A stretch of 64,000 nucleotides of DNA from a virus. The stretch lies in IMG/VR virus record IMGVR_UViG_3300008516_000159; one strand, 5' to 3'. Both the position numbers and the translations under genes were made by a program. The first letter of the stretch is position 1. Every line of letters starts with the position of its first letter. Under the pieces are notes generated by a model that was given only the letters and a program-made list of their open reading frames with translations, searched no databases and had not been told where the DNA came from. Positions 35,340 through 46,418 of this stretch are shown in pieces.

Positions 35340-36236
35340 TTAATGAGTCTGATCATATTTTTCTATTTTTTTAAGTACCTTATCATGTGCTTCAGAATAT
35401 ATTTCTTGAATATCTGGATCGTAGAAATTATAGAACCTATTTTCCTGCGGCTCCTTGCCTACTTTGTTCATGAATCGCTTTTGAAAATCTTTTAGGTCCT
35501 TGCCGTATATGTGATACGAGTCAGCATGCCAATTGAGCCGATTCATGTATATATCACACGGGGTTTCCATGTAAGATTGAATCTTGGGTATAACCACGTC
35601 TCTGGTAAATATGGTTATGCCAAACATATTCATAAAGGCCGCGCCAAAGGCATCATTCGAACGGATCCTCACATTGGTATGTATATACCATTCCTTGCGA
35701 TAATCTTCGGTAGTGTTTTCCGTGATTCGATACCATATTGATTGGAGACAGGGCGGGTCATAAATGTTATTATCCAAAAAAGGCATCCACGTTGTCATTT
35801 GAGCCTGTCTTGTATATGGTTGTTCAGCCAGTTTGCGGGCGACTATATCCACTTGGTCTATCGGGTTGCCTATTCTAACCTTCTTTGTCCCGTCAAACTC
35901 ATAGTATGTGCCCCATTCAGCGAACCTTTGATGGTATGTATATTCCCACCGTTTGTCGTCAGGATCGTTCATGTTCTTTGTCCAATGATCTTTGTGTCCT
36001 TTGAGTTCTAATACATATTCATGAAGGTCCTCTATCCCGCCTGGAAACACTTTATGAATCATGGGGTCGGCCAGTGGTTCATCGACCGTTATGTTCATTG
36101 TAGCGTCAACACTTGGAGGATTATCGCCGTCATATTGGGTTTTTATTCTTATTCCGTTTTTCCAGAGCTCTTTTAGCGCGGACTCATGCGCCTGCGCGAG
36201 CGTTGCGGCTCTAACGGTTAATACTGGTATAGGCAT
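35340..36236 (-). CDS. thyA: Thymidylate synthase (ThyA family, divergent)
   Basis: YTYHQR, RQA, PPCLQ catalytic Cys, RSND....FMN (Asn specificity residue), SYHIY. Confidence 0.85.
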   Translation of the reverse strand: MPIPVLTVRAATLAQAHESALKELWKNGIRIKTQYDGDNPPSVDATMNITVDEPLADPMIHKVFPGGIEDLHEYVLELKGHKDHWTKNMNDPDDKRWEYTYHQRFAEWGTYYEFDGTKKVRIGNPIDQVDIVARKLAEQPYTRQAQMTTWMPFLDNNIYDPPCLQSIWYRITENTTEDYRKEWYIHTNVRIRSNDAFGAAFMNMFGITIFTRDVVIPKIQSYMETPCDIYMNRLNWHADSYHIYGKDLKDFQKRFMNKVGKEPQENRFYNFYDPDIQEIYSEAHDKVLKKIEKYDQTH

Positions 36237-37288
36237 TATTATATTTCCTTTGTATAGATTGTATATACTTTTATTGGTTCATCATTGTTAACATATACAA
36301 ACGTATGTAACGCATTAAACTCCACGGCACACGTCAATACGGCGCTCCTGATTAAAAGGCCGCTCTTCTTGACTATTTTTTCAAACCAATTGGCTACCTC
36401 TTGAACATCCGAATAGTTACGCAAATCACCAAATACATTGATCGTATACTGAGCCATACAGCTTGGGTTAGGATTTTGCCATATGTTAATCTGAACACTT
36501 CCCTCGCTACCGCAAGGCACGTTACACTCGTCCCATTTCTCTTCAGGATCATCGTAGTCAACTGTCTTGAATAAATCGCCAAACAGAGGTTTTGGTATTA
36601 AGCCTCCTAATCCATCAACTCTAATGCTTCCGTTTATGTGTGACCACTGAGACATACTTTATTCCTTGAGTCGTTTCTTTGCTGTATCTCTCACTATTGT
36701 ATCCATGAGTTCATCAGGCATAAAAAACTCAGAGTTCTCAGGATGGTCGCCGGGGATAGAACGAATAAAATGCCAGCCGCACGAGTTGTCATCGTACCAA
36801 AATCTATAATGGGCGATGCCGCCCGAGTATACTTTGCTGAATTCATATACTTCAGTTTTTTTTACTTGCTCTAAGAATGTTACAGTTTTTATTTCAAGCT
36901 TTGACATGGGTTAGTCTGGCACAATCACATGAAATCCATCTTTCGGATCCCATTCGTAGCTCAGCCTTGGATCGAGACTGTTGATTGGGCATCTCCAAAA
37001 ATCAAAGTTAACGTTGTCCGGGCAAAACATCTTGATAGCCTCGTGTAATCCATGAGGACCTTCGCCACCATATCCGATTGAGAAACCGGAAGCACTGTAA
37101 GACGTCTGATCCTCAAAGAAGAACTGACACCGAATATCCATGGTGGTTCCGCCAAGAATTCTCACACCAATTAGTTCAGCCCCGTCGTCTTTGATTTTCT
37201 TGAGGGCATCAATGCTAATGGCCGTTACCCCATCATAATCTGCCCCACGACTTGCGAACTTAAGAATACCATCCATTTTTCACTCCTG

Positions 37289-37486
37289 TCATCTTTTAAG
37301 TATAATAGCGAAAATAACAACTACTATTATAATAAATGCTACCAATGCCGCGGCAATCCATAAGGGAGAAAATACCCAAATCCAGCGCCAATCGATAACA
37401 CCAGTAAGCTTAAGAACCAAGAACACAACAAACAAAACAGCCGATAATCCTAAACTACGACCGCCTGATGCTGAAGCAGTACTCAT
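37289..37486 (-). CDS. Small two-TM membrane protein
   Basis: LFVVFLVLKLTGVIDWRWIWVFSPLWI. Confidence 0.65.
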   Translation of the reverse strand: MSTASASGGRSLGLSAVLFVVFLVLKLTGVIDWRWIWVFSPLWIAAALVAFIIIVVVIFAIILKR

Positions 37487-37919
37487 TTGTTTCTCCTTTC
37501 TTGTTATATATGTTTTATCAGTCCTTATTGTGATGATTATTGCACCCTTTTGCTTACGAGACGCATGATTCCACAACAAATGGCTGCAGTGATCAACGGT
37601 ACCACAATAACTGCCACGTACCAAACCGCAGTATTTGTGGCAAGGTTCCCAAATAGGCTAGTTGTAATCATTTTGCCACCTTCCCCTACATATTTTTAGG
37701 ATCATTTCAACCCAAAGCCTTGCTTATTTCGGGAGTAAATCCACCAAACCCTTTTAGTCTATCAGTAATCAATAGCATTATTTTTGCTTCTCTCTGTAGT
37801 GCACTCTCAAACTCAGAATTCTTTGTGGTATTCATACCGGGCGACGGCAAAAATCTGTACCATCTACACAGCTCCATACGAGTTGCCTTTTGTACTTCTT
37901 CAATAGTCGGATATTCCAT

Positions 37920-38132
37920 TTACTCCACCGATTCAAACAGTTTTTTGCACATCTTGCTATTATAAACAGAAAGAGTTGAGTTAGAAGCTTGCGCGCCGCA
38001 CATATCTATAAGAAGCTGCGACTCGCGCCATCGACATATTGCGCAATTTGGCTTTGTTTTTCTGCGAGGCTTCTTACCGCTCAATAACACTTTAGCGGCC
38101 GCCCTTTTGATTTCTTTACTTTTCACGGTCAT
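37920..38132 (-). CDS. AKxLL-CxxC microprotein
   Basis: EIKRAAAKVLLSG...CAIC...CKKLF. Confidence 0.68.
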   Translation of the reverse strand: MTVKSKEIKRAAAKVLLSGKKPRRKTKPNCAICRWRESQLLIDMCGAQASNSTLSVYNSKMCKKLFESVE

Positions 38133-38418
38133 AGAACCCTTCTGTATATTCGGCCGCGCGCCTCAACGCTACAGATTTTCCGCGCTGCAGCCGTTCGTTT
38201 TCAGGTTTGTTTTTATAGTCGCCGTTTAATATGCCTTCGTCTATCGCAGATTTCCATTTATAAAATATGCGTGATAAATCAGACGCGTTTACATAAACGT
38301 CTTTGTCTCGAATCAAAGTACGAACACCAACAAAAGGCCTGTTGTTTTCTTCGGCTTTCTTTTCTTCTTCTTTTAATAATACTTTCGCTGCCTTTTTCTT
38401 AAGCTCGCGGTCCTTCAT
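38116..38418 (-). CDS. Small protein with N-terminal AKxLL motif
   Basis: ELKKKAAKVLLKEEE. Confidence 0.62.
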   Translation of the reverse strand: MKDRELKKKAAKVLLKEEEKKAEENNRPFVGVRTLIRDKDVYVNASDLSRIFYKWKSAIDEGILNGDYKNKPENERLQRGKSVALRRAAEYTEGFYDREK

Positions 38419-39265
38419 TTTCCCTCTTTGAGTTGTATATTTTATAAACTATTCTCTGTTGATTCGGAGAAATATAACCTTTTTTGTTGAGCTGTTCGTA
38501 GACTGATTTAACAAAGTCAGAAGGGTCATGAGCCATTAGAAAGGATAACACCTGAGGAGCTTTTTCTTTCATGATGAGAGACCTGGCATATTCTTCTTGT
38601 TTGTCAGAAATCCTGCCATTCCTGATGAATCTGTCCCGGATATCCCTGATTATATAGTTGCTTCCTGAATACCTGATTAGCCACTTGTATTTTTCGTTCT
38701 GCTTGTCCAATTGTTCCTGGATTCTTTTCGATCTCTCGGCGACTTGCTTGGCAAAGTCCTGAGCTCTTTCAAGTTCTTTGTCAAGTCCAAGATCCAGAAT
38801 ATCGTTGATTTGTTGTTTAGAAAGGATGGCCTTGTTTATTGCAACATCGCGCAACAGATCCTTTGCTTGTTCGCGCATGAAATATTTGATGGTCAACTGT
38901 CGCTTATCTTCTATTGAGAACTTTTCGTAAGATTCTTTATCGATATCAGATCTCATTTCTTTGCGGGCTATCAGGACGGTTTTTCGTATCCTCTTGAGAA
39001 GACCTAGAGCTAAATCGATGTCAACGCCCCTCCCTTGAAAATGGTGAATACACTCAGAACCCACATCGAGCTGCCTATGTGTCTTAAGGTTTTCTATGGT
39101 GAATTGGTATACACAATGCTGATGTCCGCAGAGTTCACAATTGAATGGATAATAACTGGTTTTTATTAGTTTGAACTCATCGGTGGGTGAAGAGGAAATG
39201 TTAGCCAAGCTGATTTCTATTTTTGTTTGAAATGAGCTTGATTTGTATTCTTTATAAAGATCCAT
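38399..39265 (-). CDS. Zinc-finger hypothetical protein
   Basis: CELCGH...VGSECI; C-terminal ISDKQ and ISPNQ repeats. Confidence 0.65.
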   Translation of the reverse strand: MDLYKEYKSSSFQTKIEISLANISSSPTDEFKLIKTSYYPFNCELCGHQHCVYQFTIENLKTHRQLDVGSECIHHFQGRGVDIDLALGLLKRIRKTVLIARKEMRSDIDKESYEKFSIEDKRQLTIKYFMREQAKDLLRDVAINKAILSKQQINDILDLGLDKELERAQDFAKQVAERSKRIQEQLDKQNEKYKWLIRYSGSNYIIRDIRDRFIRNGRISDKQEEYARSLIMKEKAPQVLSFLMAHDPSDFVKSVYEQLNKKGYISPNQQRIVYKIYNSKRENEGPRA

Positions 39266-39576
39266 TTTGTTCTCCTTGTATATAATATAACACAGGACCG
39301 TGTATTTGTAAAGCTAATTCGAATATCCTAAACATATTCGAAGGCCGCCTTGAAATCACCCTAGGCATAGATTCTATATTTTCGAAGCACATCGTCAGCT
39401 GTACGGTAGGCTCTATCAACATCACACACCACACTTCGTGTCATAGAGCACCATCGAAGATTCTTTGTTACGTCCTTCAAAGCTTCTTCATAATCTGACA
39501 CCTTGTGTTCTAAAATTCGGATCTCTTCTTCAGTCATATCCCCCACTCCTCTCGTGTGTTTATATATGTTATATCC

Positions 39577-39924
39577 TTAAAACTCAAAACCTATGCTGAC
39601 GTTGGTAGATAAATATGTATCTGCGGGAAGAGGGAAACTGACGAAATACTCTACCTCTATCAAAAACCAATCCATGAAGATCTTCCCTCCGAAATGGGAT
39701 TCAATATCATAGATATAAAATAAACCTTCCCTTTCGGCGCCGAAAGCCTCCACGCAAAACTCAAGGCCACTATATAAATCAATCTCGCTTCCTACCAAGA
39801 AAGGAAAATTGTAGCCGATCTCTAGGTGAGTGTTGTGTCCAAACGCCCCGCTACCGAAGAAATCGGCCATACTCAGAAGCGGAACAAATACAAACAACAG
39901 AGCGATGATGATTAGCTTTCTCAT
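39577..39924 (-). CDS. Small outer-membrane beta-barrel-like protein
   Basis: Signal peptide; amphipathic strands; terminal SIGFEF. Confidence 0.55.
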   Translation of the reverse strand: MRKLIIIALLFVFVPLLSMADFFGSGAFGHNTHLEIGYNFPFLVGSEIDLYSGLEFCVEAFGAEREGLFYIYDIESHFGGKIFMDWFLIEVEYFVSFPLPADTYLSTNVSIGFEF

Positions 39925-39966
39925 TTTGAATCCCTTTCTAATATATATTTGATATCCATTGTTTAG

Positions 39967-40503
39967 TCAGTCAATCACATAGGGAAGATCTGAAAGGATC
40001 ATATATCCATTGGCACGGGCCATCGCCATATCATAAGGTATGCTATCTACAATATCCCACCACTCAGCGGTTGCCTTTTCATAAGGGTCAGGACAACTTG
40101 TGGGATCGTAATAATACTCGCCATATTCGCTGATGGCGTGAAAACCTCCTTCGTAAACTTCCAACACTAACATAGGGCACTTCACATCAAAATAATAATA
40201 AACCAAATACATAAATAGAATTGCATGATCTTCACAATCACCAGTACGATCTTCAAGGGTAACGTGTGGAGGTTGCCAGTACTCTGGCATTCCCCACTTG
40301 CTCATATCACTCATATATGAGATATTGAAGTAAACCCACTTGTTTATACTCTCGAAATCTACGGCGACCTCATCGAGATCCGCATCATAATACTTGTGAA
40401 AGTCATCATCCCAAGGGTTTCCGTCCTCCCGTACTTGGGTAACACACCCACATACAGAAAGAAACAGAGACATCGAGATTAAAAGAATAACAAGTTTTCT
40501 CAT
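39967..40503 (-). CDS. Transglutaminase-like cysteine protease lipoprotein
   Basis: Lipobox-like SVCGC; YWQPP...TGDCEDHAIL; FHA; YYYDPT. Confidence 0.8.
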   Translation of the reverse strand: MRKLVILLISMSLFLSVCGCVTQVREDGNPWDDDFHKYYDADLDEVAVDFESINKWVYFNISYMSDMSKWGMPEYWQPPHVTLEDRTGDCEDHAILFMYLVYYYFDVKCPMLVLEVYEGGFHAISEYGEYYYDPTSCPDPYEKATAEWWDIVDSIPYDMAMARANGYMILSDLPYVID

Positions 40504-40544
40504 TTTTAAACCTTTCTTGATATATGTTATGTCCATTATTTTTT

Positions 40545-41075
40545 TTACCAATCAAGTATATAGGGAGAGGGAGTATCAGCAAGAATTGAGGCACCCCTAA
40601 CGTACATCATTACTGTATCGAACGATATGCTGTCAATAATTATCCAATCTTCCCCTGACTGTTTATCGTACATAAGGGTCGGATCGTAATAGTAACCATC
40701 ATAATAACTAACAGCGTGTAATCCGTCCCCCCAGTAATCCATAGCTAACAAAGAACACTTTACATCAAAGTAGTAATACATCAGATACATGAACAAAATT
40801 ACATGATCTTCACAGTCACCAGTACCATCCTCCATGGTAAGCTGAGGATGTTGCCAATATTCCGGTATCCCCCACTTTGTTGAATCGCTTACGCCCCTGG
40901 TGTTATCATTAACCCAATTACTAAGGCTTTCGGCATCTGTGGCTATATCGGCAAGATTGGGATCAAAATATTTTAGCCGCTCGTCGTCGTCCTGCCAAAT
41001 GTCGGTTACAAAACCACATCCACATACAGAAAAAAACATGGCCATTAAGATTGAAAGAATAATAAGCTTTTTCAT
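40545..41075 (-). CDS. Transglutaminase-like cysteine protease lipoprotein (tandem paralog)
   Basis: SVCGC; YWQHP...TGDCEDHVIL; LHA; YYYDPT. Confidence 0.8.
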   Translation of the reverse strand: MKKLIILSILMAMFFSVCGCGFVTDIWQDDDERLKYFDPNLADIATDAESLSNWVNDNTRGVSDSTKWGIPEYWQHPQLTMEDGTGDCEDHVILFMYLMYYYFDVKCSLLAMDYWGDGLHAVSYYDGYYYDPTLMYDKQSGEDWIIIDSISFDTVMMYVRGASILADTPSPYILDW

Positions 41076-41103
41076 TTATAAACCTTTCCTAACCTTTTGT
41101 ATG

Positions 41104-41132
41104 ATTATATCATGGTTAGAAAGGTTTGTAAA
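41104..41132 (-). promoter_or_regulatory. Sigma70-type promoter
   Basis: TTTACA-N17-TATAAT. Confidence 0.7.
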
Positions 41133-41149
41133 GGTGTTTGTTATATCTA

Positions 41150-41539
41150 TTAAAACTCGAATCCTACACTGACGCTGGTTACATTGTCATTAAAAAGTGG
41201 TTCGATGTCGTAGGTGGTGAGATGTTCTACTTTTACGAAAAAACGATCCAGGAATATCTTTCCACCGAAACTGTAATCCACATTGTAGATGTAAAACAGT
41301 TTATCTCCCGCGGGCTCGACTTCTGGTCCATACATATCAACCCCGAGGCCACCATATAAACCAATCTCGGTTCCTGCCAAGAAAGAAAATTTGTAGCCGA
41401 GCTCGCAATCGGCAAAAAAATCACGCGGTTGAACATTATATCCAAACTCCCCGCTGCCGAAAAAGTCAGCCATACTTATAAACGGAACAAACACGAACAA
41501 CAGAACTACTGCCAACGCTACTAATAGAATCTTCTTCAT
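41150..41539 (-). CDS. Small outer-membrane beta-barrel-like protein (paralog of 39577..39924)
   Basis: ADFFGSG.FG; terminal SVGFEF. Confidence 0.55.
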   Translation of the reverse strand: MKKILLVALAVVLLFVFVPFISMADFFGSGEFGYNVQPRDFFADCELGYKFSFLAGTEIGLYGGLGVDMYGPEVEPAGDKLFYIYNVDYSFGGKIFLDRFFVKVEHLTTYDIEPLFNDNVTSVSVGFEF

Positions 41540-41563
41540 TTTTAAACCCTTTCTGCCTCAATT

Positions 41564-41881
41564 TTAATATGATACCTGCAATATCCAAATATGACCCGCT
41601 TCCGTTATTGTTAACTCCTCAGGTCCCCACGATAAAGAGCCACTAATCCCTTCTAAAGTGTGCTCTCCGACCGGTACTTCCCATTCAACACATTCGCTTG
41701 CGACAAGAGTGTCCACACATACACCGTTCAAGTGAATATCAATGCTATAGTCTGATTGATTTTCTATCTCGAGCAACCCCATTCCGGGCACCGGCTCTGG
41801 TTCCGGATCGGGTGCGCTTGGGCATCCAACAAGACCCAGCATCAAAACCATCACCAACGCTACAAATAAAATCTTCTTCAT
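41564..41881 (-). CDS. Lipoprotein, PEGA/Ig-like beta domain
   Basis: Lipobox LVGC; GLLEIEN...IHLNG...VPVGEHTL. Confidence 0.6.
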   Translation of the reverse strand: MKKILFVALVMVLMLGLVGCPSAPDPEPEPVPGMGLLEIENQSDYSIDIHLNGVCVDTLVASECVEWEVPVGEHTLEGISGSLSWGPEELTITEAGHIWILQVSY

Positions 41882-41896
41882 TTTACTACTCCTTAT

Positions 41897-42280
41897 TTAT
41901 TCATAATCAATAGATAACCACACCGACTCCATAATCCCAGAGACAGAACCAACCCAGCAAGAAGTGTCAGGCAGTTTCACAGATAATAGTAATCTACCAT
42001 CTTTTGGGGCTGCAACAATCAGATAACGCTTTCCCGCGCCGGAGGTTTTTAGCACAGGATACCTCTCTGAAGCGGGGAAAGCCCCTTCCGCGCGGACTTC
42101 ATATACTTTGGTGCCTTCGTTATACATATTTATAAATATACGATAATCGTATTCGGAATAAATCTCAAACTCCCAAACGAAGACCTTTGGCATCGCTGTG
42201 TCTGTTTCCACCGCATCTTGCGCAAAAGCAAAGCTGACTGCCATTACAAGCATCATGGCTACTAGTAAAATCGTCTTCAT
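41897..42280 (-). CDS. Secreted hypothetical protein
   Basis: Signal peptide MKTILLVAMMLVMAVSFAFA. Confidence 0.6.
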   Translation of the reverse strand: MKTILLVAMMLVMAVSFAFAQDAVETDTAMPKVFVWEFEIYSEYDYRIFINMYNEGTKVYEVRAEGAFPASERYPVLKTSGAGKRYLIVAAPKDGRLLLSVKLPDTSCWVGSVSGIMESVWLSIDYE

Positions 42281-43278
42281 TTTTTAACTCCTTATTTATT
42301 CCAAAACTACTTTAGTTACACTCAGAAGTAAAATATTTTCGATCTCGCGAGACTCAGTCATATAATACGATCCATAGTATTGCCCACCGCGGGGAGCAAC
42401 AACCTTATCCGACACAGTCACATCCTGTCGCTCGCACAGTATTAATTGTTTACCCTGGGTATTCATATATGCATAACTATATTCTATGGTCCAACCCACT
42501 ACCACACTTTTGCCCTTGTTAGTTAAAATATAGTCTACTGTGACCCAGTTCTCAACCTGTTTCCAATCTTGTAGTTCAACTTCAACAGGAGACATTATGC
42601 CCTGTTTATTATAAACAACCTCAGGTCTAGAATGATATATGAGCATAATAGATACTGCGCTCATCAGAATAATACCAAACACAACCCAGAAAATATTCTT
42701 ACAAAAATTTTTCATCTTTAAATCCTTTCTACCTCAAAATTTTAATATGATACCTGTTGTTATCAAAGTAAAACTGCGCCCCTCCGACGATTTTAAAATC
42801 TGTTACCGGAACCTTGAAAAGAACCAGGCGTTTATCGTCGTGAGCGTATTCTTCCGGCATATGCCATCCCGAAGCGTACGCGTCTTCATTCGGCAGCTGC
42901 TCATGTAGGGTATATGAATCATGGTCGGGTGTTTCTATGATGTATATATCATAGGTCATGGTATCATAATCGCGTAAATACTTGCCGAACACCGTTCGAT
43001 AATCCAAATAATCTTCCTCACCTTCGATAAACATGTCGTTTCGAGGATGAAGCCACACTTTGCAAAAAATAGTATCCCTAATAAACTTCTCGTTATATAT
43101 AGAGTCCTGCCAGGTGTATAAAGCCTTGCCATCCTTGGTACAAAGATTATCCTCTCTGAAACTTTCAAGGTGATGTTTAAGTTTTATTTCGGTTGGGATC
43201 AATCCGCAAGCCATTATCGATCCGCGATTGTGAGTTGGAGATATATGAACTACTTTCATTTAATTACTCTAAGTGGCT

Positions 43279-43644
43279 CTATTTGCACATTCTACTGTCA
43301 AAACCAACGGTAACAACACCGCCTCCTTTAGTTATCAAGTCAGCGTAGTCTCCCACATATTCAAGCTTTAGCTCAAAGTATCCAAACTCAACAGCAAGTC
43401 CAAAGGTGTAAAGCAACAGTTCGGATTGGAAGCTGAACTCCCCACGATAGTCTGAAAAGTATTCAACACCTCCAAAAAGGTTAAATCTGGCGTCGTCAGC
43501 GTCCAGATATAAACCGGTTTGCATTCCCATACCGTAGATATTATTTTCAATGTCGTAGCTCATTTTTGTTGCGGACCAAGGTTCAACAGCAAGCAACGAG
43601 CCTGGAACGATAACAAGCAACAGTATTAGTAATAGTTTCTTCAT
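43279..43644 (-). CDS. Secreted beta-rich protein
   Basis: Signal peptide MKKLLLILLLVIVPGSLLA; alternating aromatic strands. Confidence 0.55.
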   Translation of the reverse strand: MKKLLLILLLVIVPGSLLAVEPWSATKMSYDIENNIYGMGMQTGLYLDADDARFNLFGGVEYFSDYRGEFSFQSELLLYTFGLAVEFGYFELKLEYVGDYADLITKGGGVVTVGFDSRMCK

Positions 43645-44169
43645 CTTATTTCTCCTGTAATTGTTTGTCAATCCAAAGGAATCAGCGCATATCTTTTATA
43701 CTTGGCGTGATCGTGCGCATCTTTCCCGTTTTTGCTCAAGTCTCTGTATAGTGTTATTATTTTCATATCCGGATACTTTTTCTTGATCTCATTTAAGGCG
43801 GTAGCCTTGTCGTTTCTTCCTAGGAGTTGAGTTTTAAAATAAGCATTTGGTTTTAACTCCATCAGCTTCATCTTACCATTGTAGCCGTCGACTCGGCCGA
43901 AATTAGTTATAACACTAAATCGCTGGTAACCATCTTCGAAATATAGGTTAAAAGTAGTGTGGCAATCTCTACAGGTCAATAACCGTCTGGCGGTGAGATC
44001 GGTTGAGTGACACTCAGGACACTCAATGTAATATAAATCGCCGTCACGATTGACAACAGAGATGTCTTGATGTTGGCCGTAGCCTTCGATTTCTTTGATG
44101 ATATCTAAATCTTGTTTTGTTGATTCTTCATTGTCTTGTGTATCTGACATGTTAGCTCCTTGAAAATAT

Positions 44170-45486
44170 TTAATCCACTCTTTTAAGCCGCGCTAAAAAA
44201 TGTCTTAATGTTGGAGGACTCGATACAATCTTGAGACCTTTTATTTCGTGCCGCCTCTTGAAAACTTTTTGAACCGCATCAGCAACATAATCCATATGGC
44301 GGTCCGTATAAACTCTCCTTGGAATGGCCAACCTAAGCAGTTCTGTGTTTGTGTTTTCAAAAGCAAGATTCCCCAACCCAACACCTCTTACTCCTGATTC
44401 TATATACAACTCTACAGCCAGAGCTTCAGCAGGAAACTGCTCTCGGGGAATGTGGGTAAAAAACGAAACGGCATCTATGAAAACAGCATGACCTCCAACT
44501 ATAGTTTTAATGCCCACGCTATCTAATCGGTCTCCTAAATATTCGACTTGTCTTACTCGGTCTGCTATATAATCATCGCCCGTCATCTCTTTTAATCCAA
44601 CTGATATTGCCTCAATATCGCGACCAGACATGCCACCATAACTAACGAAGCCTTCGTATAATATCAAGTTAGGCAAGATTTTTTCATAGAGATTTTTATC
44701 TCTCAAAGCGATGAGTCCGCCCATGGATACAATAGCGTCTTTCTTTAAACTAAAGGTACATCCATCTGCGTAAGAGAATTGCTCTTTTATAATTTGCGCT
44801 ATCGTTTTGTCGTTATATTCTCTTTGTTGAACAAAGTAAGCGTTTTCTGCGCATCGAGCAGCATCAAAGAAAACAGGTAGGTTATATTTATCGGCAATAT
44901 TTCTTACTGCGCGCATATTTTGTATTGAAACTGGCCGCCCGCCTCCACTATTATTGGTAATCGTAAGCATAATGAATGGAATTCTGATCGTCTCATAAAA
45001 ATTTATCGTTTGTTCTAACTTGTTTATATCGACATTGCCCCTGAAGGGGTGATTGTCTTCACAATCAATCAAGCAGCTTTTAAAGCTAGCACCAGCGTTC
45101 GCTATGTGTGCAGCTGTTGTATCGAAAGGCTGGTTAAAAAGTATTACATCTCCTTTGTTTACTAAAGCTTTAAAAAGCAGGTGCTCTGCCGCTCGACCTT
45201 GATGACATGGAATTGTGTATTCAAAACCGAGCGTTTCCATAACTACTTTTTTGAGTTTTTCAAAGCTTCGAGATCCTGCATATGATTCGTCTCCGAGCAT
45301 CATTGCGCTCCACTGTCGATCTGACATGGCATTTGTTCCGCTGTCGGTTAAAAGATCGATATAGACATCATCAGATTTCAAGTTAAAGACATTATAATGG
45401 GCTTTTACGATTGCTGCTATTCTTTCGCTTTTGCTCACTAATTTGATGGGCTCTATTACTTTAATCTTCCAGGGTTCTGGTAACAT
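44170..45486 (-). CDS. tnaA: Tryptophanase-like PLP beta-eliminating lyase
   Basis: IDLLTDSGT, GDESYAGS, SLKKD PLP lysine; FDTT and LRHF match tryptophanase rather than tyrosine phenol-lyase (FTTT, LRFF). Confidence 0.85.
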   Translation of the reverse strand: MLPEPWKIKVIEPIKLVSKSERIAAIVKAHYNVFNLKSDDVYIDLLTDSGTNAMSDRQWSAMMLGDESYAGSRSFEKLKKVVMETLGFEYTIPCHQGRAAEHLLFKALVNKGDVILFNQPFDTTAAHIANAGASFKSCLIDCEDNHPFRGNVDINKLEQTINFYETIRIPFIMLTITNNSGGGRPVSIQNMRAVRNIADKYNLPVFFDAARCAENAYFVQQREYNDKTIAQIIKEQFSYADGCTFSLKKDAIVSMGGLIALRDKNLYEKILPNLILYEGFVSYGGMSGRDIEAISVGLKEMTGDDYIADRVRQVEYLGDRLDSVGIKTIVGGHAVFIDAVSFFTHIPREQFPAEALAVELYIESGVRGVGLGNLAFENTNTELLRLAIPRRVYTDRHMDYVADAVQKVFKRRHEIKGLKIVSSPPTLRHFLARLKRVD

Positions 45487-45565
45487 TGGTATTCAGCTCC
45501 AAATAATGTATCTAGATATATCTATGTCTCAGCCGGTAAGGTTGTTCGGTGAGGAGGTCTTAGGT

Positions 45566-46042
45566 TCATGATGCTTCTCTATTGTGGATTTTATCATGGC
45601 AATCTGCGCAAACTACAACTAGATCCTTCGAAGATTCTTCACCACGAGACCTATAATTTTCATGGTGAACAACCAAAGCCTGTTTCCCACCACACAATTG
45701 ACATTTGTACAATACGCGATGTAGCTCACGCCACCTGATATCATCCCAGTGCTCAGTAAACAAATAATCTTTATAGGGCATTGATTTAAGTAATCTTATA
45801 TTACGTGTTGTTGTTGTGTCGTAGCACATTTGACATAAAGTCATCGAGATGGCTCGTCTGCTCCTGTGGTTACCCCACGTTCTTTCGCTGCAATAATAGA
45901 TTAAATTCCCAGTATTGCCGCAGCGGTTACACCGTGTCTGCTTGGTCGTTTCATTTTTCTGTTTTTCTTGGTGATTAATGACCGCCAGCTTAATGAGCCC
46001 TATAACTACAATTATAATAAATATTACAAAAAGCCCTGCCAT
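45566..46042 (-). CDS. Membrane-anchored protein with C-terminal HNH domain
   Basis: N-terminal TM; CQLCG, VVHHENY, LVVVCADCHDKIH. Confidence 0.75.
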   Translation of the reverse strand: MAGLFVIFIIIVVIGLIKLAVINHQEKQKNETTKQTRCNRCGNTGNLIYYCSERTWGNHRSRRAISMTLCQMCYDTTTTRNIRLLKSMPYKDYLFTEHWDDIRWRELHRVLYKCQLCGGKQALVVHHENYRSRGEESSKDLVVVCADCHDKIHNREAS

Positions 46043-46418
46043 TATATCCAGCCTTTTATCTTATGTTTGATCAGAGTGACGGCCGCCATGTTTCTTTTAT
46101 CCGCAGAAAAAGATATTGGCAATTGTAGCTATCAAAATAATAGCTGTCATTATGGTTATCAATTTTGTGCATTTACACACTGCGTTTGTGCATCTAAGCA
46201 TTTTATCTGTGCACTTGAGCATTGCGTTAGAAATTTTAGCATTGTCGCGGCGATATATTTCATTTAGATAGTGTTTTGTTCCAACTTGTGTGCTTTGTGC
46301 GTGTTCGTCGTGTTTTGATATTAATTGTTCATAAGATAACGATCTAAGATCTTTCAATCTTTCAGACATTAAAAATCTCCTTTTTTTTTATATACCATAA
46401 GGTAAGTTAGAGGCCCCT

